Part shown: positions 63,895 to 64,000 of the stretch, one piece after another
Layout: each line of letters begins with the position of its first letter
Numbering within the stretch: position 1 is the first letter of the stretch
Virus record (IMG/VR): IMGVR_UViG_3300045988_118131
From: a virus
DNA: 64,000 nt
Reading direction: 5' to 3' (one strand)
The notes under the pieces: model-generated
Database searches by the model: none
What the model was told of the DNA's origin: nothing
What the model saw: only the letters and a program-made list of their open reading frames with translations
Program-made: the position numbers and the translations under genes

Positions 63895-64000
63895 AAACTT
63901 TAAAACTTTTTATTAGAGTCTTATTAATTCCTGTATGGATAACAATATTTTTTATATATTTGTTTATATGGTATATTCAAATGAGTTGGTACTACTTTGA
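63891..64000 (+). CDS. membrane protein, 5' partial (runs off the window)
   Basis: ATGA overlap at 63891-63894. The hydrophobic sequence MKTLKLFIRVLLIPVWITIFFIYLFIWY stays open to the end of the window. Confidence 0.35.
   Translation, partial: MKTLKLFIRVLLIPVWITIFFIYLFIWYIQMSWYYF

Noticed and set aside
1-64000. CRISPR arrays, long tandem repeats, transposase/IS elements, and toxin-antitoxin or restriction-modification cassettes.
   Set aside because: Reading the intergenic regions, I saw no regularly spaced direct repeats and no transposase or integrase-like ORFs. Intergenic space is short throughout, apart from the promoter, terminator and intron regions already described. An exhaustive repeat search by computer was not possible.

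Overview
This window looks like a contiguous, AT-rich (roughly one-third GC by eye) early, replication and nucleotide-metabolism region of a large tailed phage. Every convincing gene is on the + strand, and the minus-strand ORFs in the track behave as shadow ORFs. No capsid, tail, terminase or integrase gene is recognisable, so the complete genome is probably much larger than 64 kb.

Three host signals point to a Bacteroidota (Flavobacteria-like) host:
- Repeated TAnnTTTG -7 promoter boxes, two of them with a TTTG -33 box 20 nt upstream.
- A-rich leaders without a Shine-Dalgarno sequence.
- A secreted protein whose C-terminus resembles a type IX secretion sorting domain.

Recognisable functions:
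- Replication: DnaB-like helicase, TOPRIM primase, family A DNA polymerase, Dda/RecD-like and SF2 helicases, ATP-dependent DNA ligase, RNase H, a candidate SSB and PD-(D/E)XK nucleases.
- Nucleotide metabolism: class II (B12) ribonucleotide reductase, ThyX, dUTPase, 5'-deoxynucleotidase and a MazG-like enzyme.
- RNA repair: an Rnl2-like ligase and a T4-type Pnkp.
- ADP-ribose handling: an ADP-ribosylglycohydrolase.

Main findings:
1. A contiguous four-enzyme deamidating (Preiss-Handler) NAD+ salvage cluster, PncA-PncB-NadE-NadD, lies at 58.8-63.6 kb together with a P-loop kinase-like protein and a Nudix hydrolase. I interpret it as a candidate NAD+-reconstitution counter-defence module of a type different from the NAMPT/NMNAT and Adps/Namat routes I know of.
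2. A 306-codon free-standing endonuclease-like ORF (28552-29472) has no TAA or TAG in frame, four in-frame TGA codons and no TGG codon, while neighbouring genes clearly use TGA as a stop.
3. Three group I introns, each carrying a LAGLIDADG homing endonuclease, split a Sak4/AAA_24-like ATPase gene, the DNA polymerase gene (inside motif B) and thyX (inside the RHR motif). All three junctions restore the reading frame and the catalytic motifs. Their 3' domains share hairpins with covarying stems.
4. Two odd tRNA-related elements are present: an acceptor/T-arm minihelix and a 73-nt cloverleaf with a 6-nt anticodon loop.

All family assignments come from motif recognition by eye and need HMM or structure confirmation.
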